Made by a program: the position numbers and the translations under genes. Positions 38,873-52,461 of a stretch of 64,000 bases of DNA are shown piece by piece. Position 1 is the stretch's first letter, and each line of letters opens with the position of its first letter. This DNA is from Podospora anserina (lineage: Eukaryota), in NCBI GenBank assembly GCA_017654855.1, contig CM030336.1, forward strand, positions 1,426,001-1,490,000, written 5' to 3'. A model generated the notes under the pieces. It saw only the letters and a program-made list of their open reading frames with translations. It had not been told where the DNA came from and searched no databases.

Positions 38873-38921
38873 GCCAGAGACGCTTGGACGCTGTAGCCAG
38901 AGACGCTTGGACGCTGTAGCC
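38873..38921. repeat. perfect 23-bp tandem duplication GCCAGAGACGCTTGGACGCTGTA in the CCT7 upstream region
   Basis: Two identical adjacent copies, 38873-38895 and 38896-38918. Confidence 0.9.
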
Positions 38922-39114
38922 TGTGCACGGGCCACCTCCTGAGTTGTTTGACCTCCTGAAGGTCACATGTTTTGTCATGTGAGCTCCTCCAAGAGAACCC
39001 CACTCCCCAGAAGCTGATTTCTCTGCTCCACTTCCCCCAGAGTTTAGGATGAGACACTTGCAGGGCCAACCTGACTTTGACTACTGACGTTACGTGCCAG
39101 TCACTGTACACTCT

Positions 39115-39265
39115 CTCCCTCACCACAGAATAATTGAGATACTAAAGTAGGTTAATATACGTTGAAGGATAGTCTATAGGCCTATCAACCTACTTTTGAT
39201 ATATAGTTTATAGTATAATATGGGTTAACTTACTTTAGAGTCTCAATTATTCTGTGGGCAGGGTG
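39115..39265. mobile_element. MITE-like 151-bp element with ~33-41 bp terminal inverted repeats
   Basis: Left end CCACAGAATAATTGAGATACTAAAGTAGGTTAA pairs with right end TTAACTTACTTTAGAGTCTCAATTATTCTGTGG (3 mismatches in 33). The interior is AT/TpA-rich. No clean TSD. Confidence 0.7.
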
Positions 39266-39404
39266 ACTCTCTACGCAAGCAGGATCACGCAATCAACACA
39301 AAAGAGACAAGCCATGTCATTGTAAGAGTAACCAACATTTCCCATCATTATCCAACCAAAACCCATTACCCAAGATACCCAATCTAATTTTCCCAATCCC
39401 ATCA

Positions 39405-40850
39405 TTATGTCTTCCCTGAATCGGAGCCCAGGGCACTCTTCTCAACAACCTGAACCGACGACTCATCCGTCACTTGCTTTTGATCCGCCTTCTCAACATC
39501 TGGGCCTGTGGCCTTCCTCCTCCACCAAGCCCTCTGGTCAGTGATGTCTTGGCTGGAATTACTCTGATTATCCGGATCGGTAGAGCGGAATTGGAGAGCG
39601 TTCGGCTGCGAGCTTAGCTCCCTGCCTCGTCGGAATGTCAACGTAGCAGTCAGTCTTTCCTCGAAAGCTGAGCTGAAGACGAACATGTTTGGAAAGAAGC
39701 GCCGGAAGAAGGCTCGGAGTGATGGGAGACAGGCGCAGACGATTCCAATGTCCATTTCGACGATGCTAGATGTTGTCAGCCCAACCCATCCACAGATTCC
39801 ACTTCTTGTCAGTACTCACCACCAAATCAAGTTTTTGACATAATGCCATGAAATATCCGTTTCGTTGGCTCCCGTCATCGCAGTCACCATGCGCATGGTG
39901 CTCACACCGCAGACACTGTAAACTGTTAGCCCCCTGAGTTTTCCCAACACAACCCTCCCCACAAACAACAAGCAATGACTGGAAGAGACCTTACAAACCA
40001 CCCGCCATCAAAATGCCCACCACACCCACCTTCCTCCTAATCCCCACCCTCAAATCCCACAGCATCCAAATCGGCATCACCAAAATTATGAAATCCGTCG
40101 CCATGTTCAGTATATTAGCCGAATCAAACACCGCCTGCTGGTTGATGCACGTGCCCCCTTCAATCGTCCAGTCCCAGTAATACTGCATCGGTTTGCAGAT
40201 GTACAGAAACAGAAACGCGTTGGGGATGGTGTACCCAACCACAAAAAACATGACCACGTAAACCGCTATCCGGAACTTGTGGTTGGCGGTGGCGAAGCGG
40301 AGGTAGAAGGACAGAATGGACATCTTGACGAAGAGGGTGGTGAGGTTGTAGGTCATGGCGCCGCCGATCATGCCGAGCTTCATCATGGATTGGAACTTGG
40401 GGAAGGGGAGGTCCCAGATGTGGTTTCCCATGCCGAGCGTGGTTTCTGTTTTTGGGGGGTCAGCTTTGTTTGATCAGGATGATGGTGGTTGTCTTTAGAG
40501 ACAAAAGACGTACGGATGATGCAGACGGTCGAGTTAGCAATGGTGAAGAGCTATCAGGAGTGGTCAGTTGCCATGTCTGTCATGATCAAAAACAAGGGGT
40601 GTCCGTACAAAGGCGACGATTACCAAGTCTATCCATCACCAAGGTCAGCAAACTAGGTAGGTGTGTGGTTTGTGTGAAGGGAGATCTCACAATCATCTGG
40701 ATGCCATTTTCGAATGATATGGCTGGCTGTGTACAACCTCGGGACCAAAAAGCACAGCGCAAGAACTGGAAACACCACAGCAACAATAACGAGTCTGTAG
40801 CCGATCGACTCGGGGTTGTCGTAGTTCGGTATTGGAGCTGCGGGATCCAT
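39405..40850 (-). CDS. Pth11-like 7-TM integral membrane protein (fungal rhodopsin-domain GPCR-like, no CFEM), multi-exon
   Basis: PRLYT..WHPDD, GMGNHIWD, KMSILSFYLRF, CKPMQYYWD..GTCIN, NMATDFIILVMPI..L and EMDIGIVCACLPSLRAFF; several canonical introns. Confidence 0.9.
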
Positions 40851-42294
40851 CCTTACTATCCTGACCTAGCTTCACCATACGCGTCTTCTCGTTGGTAATG
40901 TCGGCACCCAAGTCTTCAGCAACAGTCTGGGTTGTCCGTGTTCGTATAGTCGATAATAAACGAGTGTCAGATCTCCTCTCCTACCTCAAGCAAACCTGCA
41001 AGTCGTCACTCAAATCCAAACACAATATATCCTCAATAAAATCCCCAAAAGATTGACAAGAAGTTACAAAGTGAGAAGAACCTGAACTCTCCTCATGTCC
41101 CATCTCAGCGGGAACCACCCACCCTAAGTACTACACTAAACAAGCCCATCCGTCCAAATCCCCCAGCCGCACCCCCCTACCCATGTCCATCATCCCCAAG
41201 ATCTCCAGACCGGTCCCTCCCTCTCGATCTCTTGACGTAACATAACGCCATCTCATTCCATTCATCCCCTTCTTTGCCTGCCGCAGAAAACAACCCCAAT
41301 TCCTTCACAACCAAACAATTTGCAATTAATGCGCAGCACCATCGGCACTAACCCCCGGCAGGGGATAGCTTCCTTCTCCGGCACCCCCGGTCCGGACCCG
41401 GTAGGATCACCTACCCCCGGATTGGATCCACCAAGCGAGCAAGCCAAACGGGCTTGTTGGTTCGCTAAGGGATTTTCTGGGAATTTTAGAGAGAGAGAGG
41501 AGGGTCTGTAAGTCGGGGAAGAACCAAAGAGCAAGCCACCTCCTCAGCCTTGGGTTGTGAGGATTTCGCGGACACGATGCTTGGCTCATGGTGGGCTGAT
41601 TATTACGATGGGAAACGTATGACGCGAGTTGAGTATCAACACAGACGTTCCTCTCGAAGATTTACTTAATGGATGAGTCTGGATGCAGATTGCCACTGGC
41701 GACGACAACTAGAAGATGCCTGCTTGATGAATTCTTTGGCCCATGGCAAAGAGATCTTGAGGCTGCAGATGTTCAAAATCATTTGACCAGAAAGAGCTGA
41801 GGATGTGACAGGCAATGGACCGCTGCTGAGTTGAGACAACCTGCCCGACCACTCCGACCAACTCAACTTGAAGCGTCGCGCAGTAGCGGTGCTCGCCAGC
41901 GAGCGACCTCTCTGAAAATGGCTAAGCTGGACCCCGAGGCCACAAACCCTAGGCGAAATCCAACAAGGTGGATGTCTAATAATATCCGGAAGAAGCCGCA
42001 TCGCAGCAGGCAGACCGTATCCAAATGATCAAGTGGCGACCAAGTCTCTTCCAGGGGCGGCAAGGCAACAAATGGTTGGTTCACACTCAACAAGTGCTCT
42101 GAATTGGTGACTATGGCTCTAAATGTGTTCCCATTGATGAGCTGAAAGGAAATCCCTAAAAGCCCTCATTCCTTTTCCGTGATCGCCAGTTTGCTGTGCA
42201 AAAGTGAAATCATGATATCATTGCTCCCGGAACATCAAAACCCAGAGACCGTATGCCACCAGCCCAAAACGCCGACCTAGAAGACACTGGCCAT

Positions 42295-42978
42295 TTAGGC
42301 AGTCTTAGCACCCTGGGTAGGGGTGACCTTCTTGCCGTCCTTGTTGTAGCGGACACGCGGGGGAGGAGCACGGTTGCGGCGGCCCTCGCGGGAGCGGACA
42401 CTAGAAGCACAAGTGTCAGCGGGAGACTGTTCTAAAGTCGGGGGGTATACTCTTCTGCGCGGGAAACGCGTTCGACCAAGGAATCTTCTCAGCCGCCCTC
42501 GTCGTCGTGAAGACAGACGTGGTTGTCCCCGCCAGTTGGACAAACGTACCGGACAATCTTGCCGTGAATGGCGCAAGAGACGCAGTACTGCAGCTTGAGG
42601 TACATCTTGGGAACCGTGTACTCGGCGAACACCGAGGCGTCGGAGATATCACCTGTGAAGTCGCAAAGTCAGTCTGGGTTTGTTCTCGATCGGGTTGTTG
42701 TTGTCATGGTGTGGTGTCCCCAGCGCGTGTATACGTACGGATAGCCGCAGACTCAACCATGTTGCGGATGGTGAACCGCTTGATGGCCTTGTCCTTGGGA
42801 GTGCATCTCGAGCAGTTGGAGCACCGGATGGGCTTGACGTGGCCGCGGCCTGTGAGGAATAGAGTTAGCGATGATGTCCAGGTCGAGGTCGAGGTCGAGG
42901 TCGATGTCGACGAAGGCGATGAATGAAAAGTCACATACCCTTCTTGTTGCGGCCGTTGTTCTTTCTCTTCTTGACCAT
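42295..42978 (-). CDS. RPS26: 40S ribosomal protein S26 (eS26), 4 exons
   Basis: [100 protein letters not shown]. Confidence 0.97.
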
Positions 42979-44117
<1,139 letters not shown>

Positions 44118-44456
44118 TTGCCCAACATCAACAAAAAGAAGGCGAAACATGGGACTGGGACGGAAAAGCATTGAGCTAGGAACGGGGCTGTGACTGATTT
44201 TCTTCATCGGCGTTTATGTACCTTTAGATAGGGGGGCATATTCTGGCTCTGACATGGCGAGGAAATGCGATTTGGGATGCGACATGATCACGATATCTCG
44301 GCTCTTTGATAGAGAGTTCCCCGTCATCGTCTGCGTTGTGGTTCTGGAAAGGGTCGCAAGGTAGCAAATCCTAACCCCATCCCCATGATTCTTTTCGTTC
44401 ATTATATTTGGGTGTCTCTGTGCTTGTCTGTTTTATTTGTCTTGTCCTGTGTTACC

Positions 44457-45873
44457 TTACAGCCCATTCCTCAAGTTATCGTACTTGGTATCCGGATAGG
44501 TGACGCAGTTCTCCTTGTACTGCAACGCTCCTGGCCCACCAAAGGTGTCAACCACGTTGGCGATCAGACTTTCGGGCCCTTCCTTATCAGCTGAACTCTC
44601 CCACCACATGCCACCACCCAAGCCCCTGTCTACGACATACTGCGCCTTTCTTCTAGCCAAGGGAACAGTATCATAGCTCACCATGGTCCTCGTCCCGGGG
44701 TGGTAGCAGTAGCTCGCGCCCGCCTCATGATCATACCTCTCCTCCGACCCCTCCAATGGCAACTTCTTGTAATCATGCACACCATTCTCCCACGTCCCCT
44801 CGCCCACACCACTGTAGGGACCGCCGGGGCCGTCAGTCTGCTGAAAGGCCCTCCCGTACAGTGGCATCCCCAGCACGATCTTGCCCGGATGGACACCCTG
44901 ACTGACATAATGGCTCACCGCGGCGTCGGTGCTAAAAGGGGTAGACTGCGGGTTGTGAGGGGAGGGGAAGAGGTTGGCCTGGTGGCCGGCGGTGGAGTCC
45001 CACGATCCGGCGTAGTCGTAGGCCATCAGGTTCCAAAAGTCGAGGTACCTGTCCATTCCGGGGAGGTCCATATTCTGGAGGTTTTGGAAGCCGGCGGGAG
45101 AAGCGACGGTGAGTTCGAAGTGGGGTCGGGAGGGGAGGGTGGAGGAGTAGGCGTCGAGGTGGGAGCGGAGGGTGGAGAGGAGGGAGACGAGGTGGGAGGC
45201 TTCGGTTTGGGAGGAGGGGTATTCCCAGTCTATGTCTAGGCCGTCGAAGCCCATGTTTTTGAGCTGGGGGAGGGTGTTAGAGGGGGTTTGGGTAAAGGGC
45301 GTGGAGTGATTAAGGGGGGCTTACAAGGTCAACGGCGGTGCGCGCGAAATTCTCACGGCCCTCCGGGGTGGAGGCGGGCTGTTTAAAATTGGAGGAGTAG
45401 GTCCATCCTCCGATTGACAAGAGGACTTTGAGATTGCGGTTCCGGGACTTGAGGATGTTGAGCTGCTTGAGGCAGCCGTAGAGGTTGGTGCCCGAGTCGT
45501 TCCAGGAGTCGCCTTCCCAGTGGATGTCGGTGTCGGCCCAGGTGTCGGTGAGGTAGACCTCTCCCGACTCGGGGCGGACGTTGGCGAAGGCGTAGAGGAT
45601 GTGGGTGAGGTTCTGGACGGGGAGGTCTTGCGGGCGGTGCTTGCGGCCGTAGATGGCCCAGTTGACGAAGTAGGCTACGCTGCGGTAGCCGGGGGTGACT
45701 GGTCCGCCGCCCATCTTGGGAGAGTCTTGTTGGATGGGGGACGTTGTTGGGTTGGTGAAGATGGTCTTGGAGAGGAGAACGGCGGCGCTCAGGAGGAGGA
45801 CAGTTAAGGAGGTGGCTATCAAGATGGGGGACCGGCGGGAACGGGAGGTTTGAGGTGTTCCAGAAGACGGCAT
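44457..45873 (-). CDS. GH18 chitinase (fungal subgroup A), one intron
   Basis: [22 protein letters not shown], catalytic [21 protein letters not shown] and LGGGMWWE. N-terminal hydrophobic segment; alternative start MGGGP at 45714. Confidence 0.95.
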
Positions 45874-46871
45874 ATGGGGGAGGTTATATAACAGTAAGCC
45901 GCTTTGGGGGGTCGGCGGTTTGTTTGTCTCTGCTGCGGAACGGATAGGAATGCCGGGGCCGAGAGGGAGCTGATGGCGGAGACCAACTTGGCAACCAACC
46001 CAAGGAGAGGGGCCCGGCTGTGTTCTTTTATTACAGCGGCGGCGGCACGGGGGTTACAAGGAAAGCTACGCACTTGAGACGCCACTTGACGCGTACTGCT
46101 TATGGGTTCAACGGCACGAATGGTTAACAGAGATGCCACGCAATTCCAGGTGGGATTTTTGATCAGTTTCCAGGGCTCTTCAACCAAGCAAGTTGGGCGG
46201 GGAGAGACCCTGATGTCATGTCACGACGCTTGAGCTGAGGTGCCAGAGCCAATGGTCTCGGGGCCCTGTCAGGCGGGGCTGTCTAGCTTGATTGGTGGGG
46301 TCTGTGGCTGAAGAGCAGGGCAGCTTAGGTGCCCTGGCTCTTGGCAGCGGCCTCCATCAATCATCAATCATCAATCACAGAACAACAACTTCTCCATCAA
46401 ATATGTGAAAAACAAAATGGCCAAATCATGGTATTACAGTAGTACGCCCAAACGCCATTCTCCCGCCATTTTACCTACCTAACCTATACTCTTACCACGT
46501 CGGGAGATGTGACAAGGGCTGTATTACAGGGCTTGGAACAGTAGTTCAATTGCAGTAATAATCTTCAATGGCCTCGAAGTCCATGATGAAGAAGAGAAGA
46601 AGAAACTTGGAGTAGTACAGTGATCCTGAACGCGTATTTATCTCCCATCAAGCGGTCCGTGCCTCCTTAGCCTTAGGCCGCTGCCAAGTCCTTCAATATA
46701 TCACTGGGCCAGCAGCATTCCCGCCATGCCTTTCATTGACTGCTTCACTTTCAACAAATGGCTCACAACGTGCAGGTTGCCGGCGACTGGGCCGTGATGT
46801 GGCCGGTTGGTTGTTGGCCGTGTGACATTATCTCCCTCCTTCTCATGCTCGCCCACGAGCTCTGAATGCCT

Positions 46872-48602
46872 TCAAGCCTCCACTCGGGAGTCCTTGGGTT
46901 TGCGGGGTTGCTGTGCGTGAAAGGTGCGGACAGCTGCCTTGGCTCCGTCGCTGTAGAAGTGCTCAAAGGGTTCCCAGGTCCAATGTCTCCTCTGAGGCCA
47001 TCCTTCCCACTTGACCAGATACTTGACTTCATCACCCATCAAGGTCGAGTCCATCACCTTTTCCACTTGATAGTCTTCTGCCTCGACTGGCGCCGCTTCT
47101 CGCAGGACCTGGTCTACATCAGGCAGTGCCTGACCGCCAGCGCGATAGGGCTCGGCGTGCACTTTCGGCTTGTTCCCCAAATTGCCAAGTGAGTATCCGA
47201 GGATATCCTCCATCTCCTCGTCGGTGTCAGTTGGCGAGCTAAGAGTTGAGTCAGAGGAGTAGCCAGCATCGCCAACTATTTCAATAAGCTCCTGCTGTTC
47301 AAGCGCCTCTTGAACACCAGAAACATAGCTCCTTGAAGCCTGTCTGTCGATCCGCTGGCGTTTCCTGATACCAGAGGACACCTTTGATAAGCTGGCCGGT
47401 GAATATGTGGCAAGTTTGCCTCTAGTCCGTCTGTGTCTTGGACCTGACCTCGAGGTGGCCCCTGGCCTCAAAGGTGACGGCCTAAAGGGATCTGGCCTCC
47501 CGGGATCTGGCGTTACGGGTCTCTCTGGTGTCGAAGGAGGAGAGGAGAGGGGCGAATCTGAGTCACTGTCCAGTGGAAGCTCGCGTTTCTGGTCCAGCGG
47601 AAGGACGGGGAGAGCACGTGTACGTGGCTTGTTGGTCGCCGTATCCGCATGGCCCTCGGCTTTGTGCGCAATGGGATAGAGGTTGCAACGACACTGCATT
47701 TTGAATTTGTCGAAATAGCTTCGTCCGTAGTTGACGTATATCTCATGCCCCTCCTCGATTGGCCTGAGGGCTTTGAAAGCCAAGACTCTGATGCCGCCGA
47801 TGGTCTCAGGGCTGCACGCGACGTTGGGGCGGCAGTGGTGGTTGATAAACCGGGTCCAGTTGCCGTACATTCCCGCATCAATGTTGTATGGGTACTCGCC
47901 GATATGGTCGTCCATTTCGTAAACGTAGGCGCTGTTGGGCACGTGTTCGCTGTCGTGTTTACATATCATACCGTAATAGATGCCAATGATTTCATCTTGC
48001 TCCACATCACGACCGGGCTTCATGAAGGCGCCATAGCCCCGGTCCGGCGTCATGCGGATGGCGATATGATCTTTAGCCCACTCGGCCAACTGGTCTCGGA
48101 AGGGGGCGTAACAAGTGTATTGGTTGCACTCTTCGCTATCTGGTCTGTACCAGCTGTGGCACACCAAACACGTAAACGCATAATAGTGTTCCCCAAAGGG
48201 CGACATCAAACGACTGATACCATCGGACAGATAGTCGGCGTTGGCTCTGCGAATCCGAGTGGCGAGGGTGGGCACGCGCAAATCAAAGTCGGTGTACTTG
48301 ACGAGGTAATCTCTAATCTCGTACACCTCGCGATCTTCGAGGGGGCTTGTGGATTGATAATCTTGACTAGTGATTTGGAAGAGCTTGGGAAACTTGGTGG
48401 GATCTGAGTGGAAACCAAGGGGCATAAGGCTGAGCATGAATTGATAATCCTCCTCTGACATATTGTTATTGACGAAACCAGCACGCAACATAGCCGCCTC
48501 TCGTATAGCGCGCGTTTGCCGCGGAGACGTGTCTGCCGGCCCTGACGTGTTTGTAGGCGGCTGATACACTTCATCGTCGTCGCTGTTGTTGTTGCGAGGC
48601 AT
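46872..48602 (-). CDS. SET-domain lysine methyltransferase-like protein with C-terminal chromodomain, intronless, 576 aa
   Basis: SET motifs RGYGAF, IGIYYG, IDAGMYGNWTRFINHHCRPN and EIYVNYGRSYF, then CRC. Chromodomain DYQVEKVMDS..KYLVKWEGW..WTWEPFEHF..AVRTFH..PRKPKD. Confidence 0.9.
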   Translation of the reverse strand: MPRNNNSDDDEVYQPPTNTSGPADTSPRQTRAIREAAMLRAGFVNNNMSEEDYQFMLSLMPLGFHSDPTKFPKLFQITSQDYQSTSPLEDREVYEIRDYLVKYTDFDLRVPTLATRIRRANADYLSDGISRLMSPFGEHYYAFTCLVCHSWYRPDSEECNQYTCYAPFRDQLAEWAKDHIAIRMTPDRGYGAFMKPGRDVEQDEIIGIYYGMICKHDSEHVPNSAYVYEMDDHIGEYPYNIDAGMYGNWTRFINHHCRPNVACSPETIGGIRVLAFKALRPIEEGHEIYVNYGRSYFDKFKMQCRCNLYPIAHKAEGHADTATNKPRTRALPVLPLDQKRELPLDSDSDSPLSSPPSTPERPVTPDPGRPDPFRPSPLRPGATSRSGPRHRRTRGKLATYSPASLSKVSSGIRKRQRIDRQASRSYVSGVQEALEQQELIEIVGDAGYSSDSTLSSPTDTDEEMEDILGYSLGNLGNKPKVHAEPYRAGGQALPDVDQVLREAAPVEAEDYQVEKVMDSTLMGDEVKYLVKWEGWPQRRHWTWEPFEHFYSDGAKAAVRTFHAQQPRKPKDSRVEA

Positions 48603-49310
48603 CGTGAATGATTAGGGATCTATAGTGTGTCGATACTAATAATTGTACAGATACCTGATCTTGTACAAGTCTGAAGCTGCTATATGTCCGATTTCGAAAG
48701 GTTCAATGGACAGGACTGAAATTCTCCAGGAATTCCCAGATGGAACCTGGTTTGACTATGCTGATATTGAAGGCGAAACTGCTGGGTCATAGACATGGAG
48801 TCTTCATCTTGAATGACCGACGGAAACGGAAGGGTTATGTAGCCGTCTCTATCTCTTTGTTTGAGGTCTGCATCGAGTTCACAATGCATTCATTTCTACA
48901 GGAAAACATAAAGGGGTTCCCGCGGGATGCACATGGATAAAGAGAACCGAGATACATCTAGAGACAAAGGCTTCCACTTTTGGTCTGGTTCATAGGACCA
49001 TGAAGTCTTCAAATACGTTTAGCGGAGTTCTGTTTCTACTCTGCTCTGTAGGTGTAAGGTACATTGAGCACGCAGTCGAGTCAAGCAATTGGTATTCGGC
49101 ATTTCACCACTGCTGAGTTACCGTGAGATCACCCCTGAACATCCCCTGACTTATCGACTACGTACATAGGTACGTATCTATATCTGGGAACACTCTGCGC
49201 TAGTACCCCCATGATATCCTTAACTCGCAGGTCTTGGAAAAGTAGTACAATCTTTTCTCTCCTCGTACAAGTACTCACACCTTTCTCCTCTGTCCTCTCC
49301 CAATCAAACC

Positions 49311-49841
49311 CTACCAAAAGCTCCAGCACCCTCCACAACCCCTTTTCCTCCCTCTCCCCTTATTGACGGCCCCTAATTCCTCCTCCAACGCCAAACTCTC
49401 CTTCTCACCCCCCACATCTTGATGTGAACGAGCAGGGCTGAAAATCGTAACAGCCTTCTTCCCTCTCAAACGAGGCTCATCAGAAGTATGCTTGTCAAAA
49501 TGTGCCGTAGGAGGTTGCTGAATCTCAATCTGTATGCTCTCCCTCTTTAGAATCCTGACCTGTGTTGCCTCCTCCTGCCTTGCCGTTGAAATTTCCGTGC
49601 TGCTAGTACTGTTTCTTGACTCAGACGTGACAGTCGGTGGTGGCGGTGGTTCGAGCGTGATGGACGACGAGGCGGTTCTGTTTTCTGTGACTGGTGGAGG
49701 AGGTGGTAAAACAGCAGCCCGAGGGCGAGGGGTATATCCCATCATGAGCGACATCAGGCTTGGTGGAGATGCCAGGTCGTTGTTTTCTGCATAGGAGGAG
49801 GCCATTGTTGGACTTGGAGATGGAATTTTTTCGGATGGCAT
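49311..49841 (-). CDS. low-complexity hypothetical protein
   Basis: 176-codon ATG-initiated ORF, rich in P/S/T; no recognisable domain. Confidence 0.35.
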   Translation of the reverse strand: MPSEKIPSPSPTMASSYAENNDLASPPSLMSLMMGYTPRPRAAVLPPPPPVTENRTASSSITLEPPPPPTVTSESRNSTSSTEISTARQEEATQVRILKRESIQIEIQQPPTAHFDKHTSDEPRLRGKKAVTIFSPARSHQDVGGEKESLALEEELGAVNKGRGRKRGCGGCWSFW

Positions 49842-50997
49842 GGGAGAATGTTCACATGGTACGGTTGGAAAAAGAAAAGGTTGAAGATGATCTGATCACC
49901 AAACATCCAAGCGCGCGGGAAATTTCTCAAAGATGGAAATCTCCGCCCTCGTGAGGGAGTCCGATCCGAGGCATGATCAGAACACACCACATCCCAACCC
50001 CTCAGGCTGGGCAAAGAAGTACAGGTGCCCAACCGAACCGACCCGAAGGGGCGTTGCTGCAGGGCCGAGGTTTAAACGCGTGTTTTGACAGGAGACAGGT
50101 CATGGGGTGTATATGCAGCAGGATAAATTACCCCTTTTTTGGGGGGGCGAGTGGCATTCCCCCACTGCAATACCGACCGGCTGTTTACAACATTGGCGCC
50201 TGAAGAAAATCAACATGGAGATCAACGGCATGCTCCGGTGAAGAGAAATTCTGAAGAGGGTTGTGTTTCTCCTTGACATTTGTCTTTGAGATCTGTCTTT
50301 GTTCGAGTCTCGGGACGCATTGTCTTAAATATCCGCAAAAGGCTTCAAAACCCATGCAAAGTTTCGAGGAACATAACAAAGGAAAAGGACTCTTTCATGT
50401 TGTGAATGAACTGCAGCCTGCGTTTACAATGGGGCTGGAGTCGACTAGACCGGAATAAGAGGCTCTGGCTTTAGGGATTCCCGAGGACCTGGTAACGATT
50501 GGGATAATGTCATAAGTCTTCAATTGATCGATATGTAGCGCGGAAGTATGTCAGCAAAATGGCAGCTTGAATTATTACTTCAGTCCTGTCACGGTAAGAG
50601 TCTCCGGCTAGGTATGTCTTATGCGCTTGATGTTTCAACGTGGACGTCCTCTTTCGCTCGGCTCCGAGTTCCCCGAATACAGTTAGAACTTCAATTGCAC
50701 GATGGAAGCTTCCATCAGTGCGGTCGAGGACGTTCCGTAATTATGGCTAGGCAATCCACAGTTGTGTTACTTGGTTGGTGGAAAAGTTTGGAAACAAATA
50801 AACCCGGTAAAGGGGAAAGTCGGGTTGGGTTGTGGTGTTGGAGAACAATACTACCCTCGTGGATATCTTAGCGTTAGTGAAACATACCAACCATACTCAT
50901 ATAGATCACTATAAAATCAAATCATCCTCACCATCCAGGCCTTAACCATGATGTTCGACACTTGAGGCTCAAGTGCCTCCCTCACCCCTCCAGCACC

Positions 50998-52461
50998 ATG
51001 GCACCCTCCTTCCTCCACTTCGCCACAGGCATAGCCCTCCTTACAACCACCGCCCACGCCGACCTCACCACCACCATCGATGCAACCTCCAACCGCGGCA
51101 CCTGGGAAGGCTGGGGCACCTCCCTAGCCTGGTGGGCAGCCACCTTCGGTCACCGCGACGACCTAGCAGACATCTTCTTCACCCTCCGCACAACCCCCCA
51201 CCAATCCGTCCCCCTCCCCGGCCTAGGCTTCACAATCGCCCGCTACAACCTCGGTGCCACAACCACCAAAACCACCATCCCCCCTTCCACCTCCATGAAA
51301 ACCTCCCCCTCCATCATCCCCTCCCGCCTCATCCAAGGCTTCTGGCTCGACTGGACCTCCTCCCTTCCAACCTCCCCATCATGGAACTGGTCCGCCGACC
51401 CAAACCAACGCTCCATGCTCCTCAAAGCCTCCTCCCGCGGCGCCACCACCCTCGAGCTCTTCTCCAACTCCCCAATCTGGTGGATGTGCAAAAACCACAA
51501 CCCCTCCGGTTCCGACGACGGCAGATCCGACAACCTCCAATCATGGAACTATCAAAACCATGCTGTCTACCTGGCCACAGTGGCGAAATACGCAGCAGAA
51601 AACTGGGGGGTGAGCTTCACATCAATAGACCCATTCAACGAGCCGTCAGCAAACTGGTGGAACGGCAAGACCGGCACGCAAGAAGGCTGCCACTTCGACG
51701 CCTCCACCCAGATCGCCGTGGTGGGGTATCTAAGGCAGGAACTGGACAATCGGGGGTTGAAAGGGGTGGTTATTTCCGCCTCGGACGAGAGCCATTACGA
51801 CGAGGCGGTTGAGACGCTCAGGAAATTCGAGGGCAACAGGACTGTGATGGAGGCAGTGGGGAGGGTGAATGTGCATGGGTATCAGTATGAAAAGGGAAGG
51901 AGGGATGTGCTGTTTGATATGGTGAACAAGGCGGGGAAGAAGCTTTGGCAGAGTGAATATGGGGAGGCGGATGCTACCGGGGAGAGGTTGGTGAGTAATT
52001 TGCTGCTGGATATGCGGTGGTTGAGGCCGATGGCGTGGGTGTACTGGCAGGTTTTGGATGGGGGTGGGTGGGGTTTGATTGACGCGGATAATGACAGGAA
52101 GACGATCGGGCAGGTGAACCAGAAGTATTTTGTTCTCGCGCAGTTTGCGAGGCATATCAGGCCGGGGATGAGGATTTTGGATGGGGGGAGTGATTACGCT
52201 GTTGCGGCTTATGATGAGAAGGCGAGGAAGCTGGTGATTGTGGCTGTTAACTGGGGGGAGGCCCAGTATATCAATTTTGATCTGGGGAGGTTTGGAGCCG
52301 TTGGGTCGAATGGATCGGTGGTCAAGAGGTGGGCGACACAGATTGGGAGTGGCAGTCGTTATGTTGAGTACAGTGATACTCAGCTTAGTGGGAAGAAGTT
52401 CTGGTCAAGATTTGAAAAGAAGATGGTCCAGACTTTTGAAGCGACGGGTGTTGTTCTGTAG
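50998..52461 (+). CDS. secreted GH30 endo-beta-1,6-galactanase-like glycoside hydrolase
   Basis: Signal peptide MAPSFLHFATGIALLTTTAHA; WEGWGTSLAWWA; ARYNLG; acid/base PFNEP; NVHGY; nucleophile LWQSEYG; YFVLAQFARHIRPG. Confidence 0.9.
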   Translation: MAPSFLHFATGIALLTTTAHADLTTTIDATSNRGTWEGWGTSLAWWAATFGHRDDLADIFFTLRTTPHQSVPLPGLGFTIARYNLGATTTKTTIPPSTSMKTSPSIIPSRLIQGFWLDWTSSLPTSPSWNWSADPNQRSMLLKASSRGATTLELFSNSPIWWMCKNHNPSGSDDGRSDNLQSWNYQNHAVYLATVAKYAAENWGVSFTSIDPFNEPSANWWNGKTGTQEGCHFDASTQIAVVGYLRQELDNRGLKGVVISASDESHYDEAVETLRKFEGNRTVMEAVGRVNVHGYQYEKGRRDVLFDMVNKAGKKLWQSEYGEADATGERLVSNLLLDMRWLRPMAWVYWQVLDGGGWGLIDADNDRKTIGQVNQKYFVLAQFARHIRPGMRILDGGSDYAVAAYDEKARKLVIVAVNWGEAQYINFDLGRFGAVGSNGSVVKRWATQIGSGSRYVEYSDTQLSGKKFWSRFEKKMVQTFEATGVVL

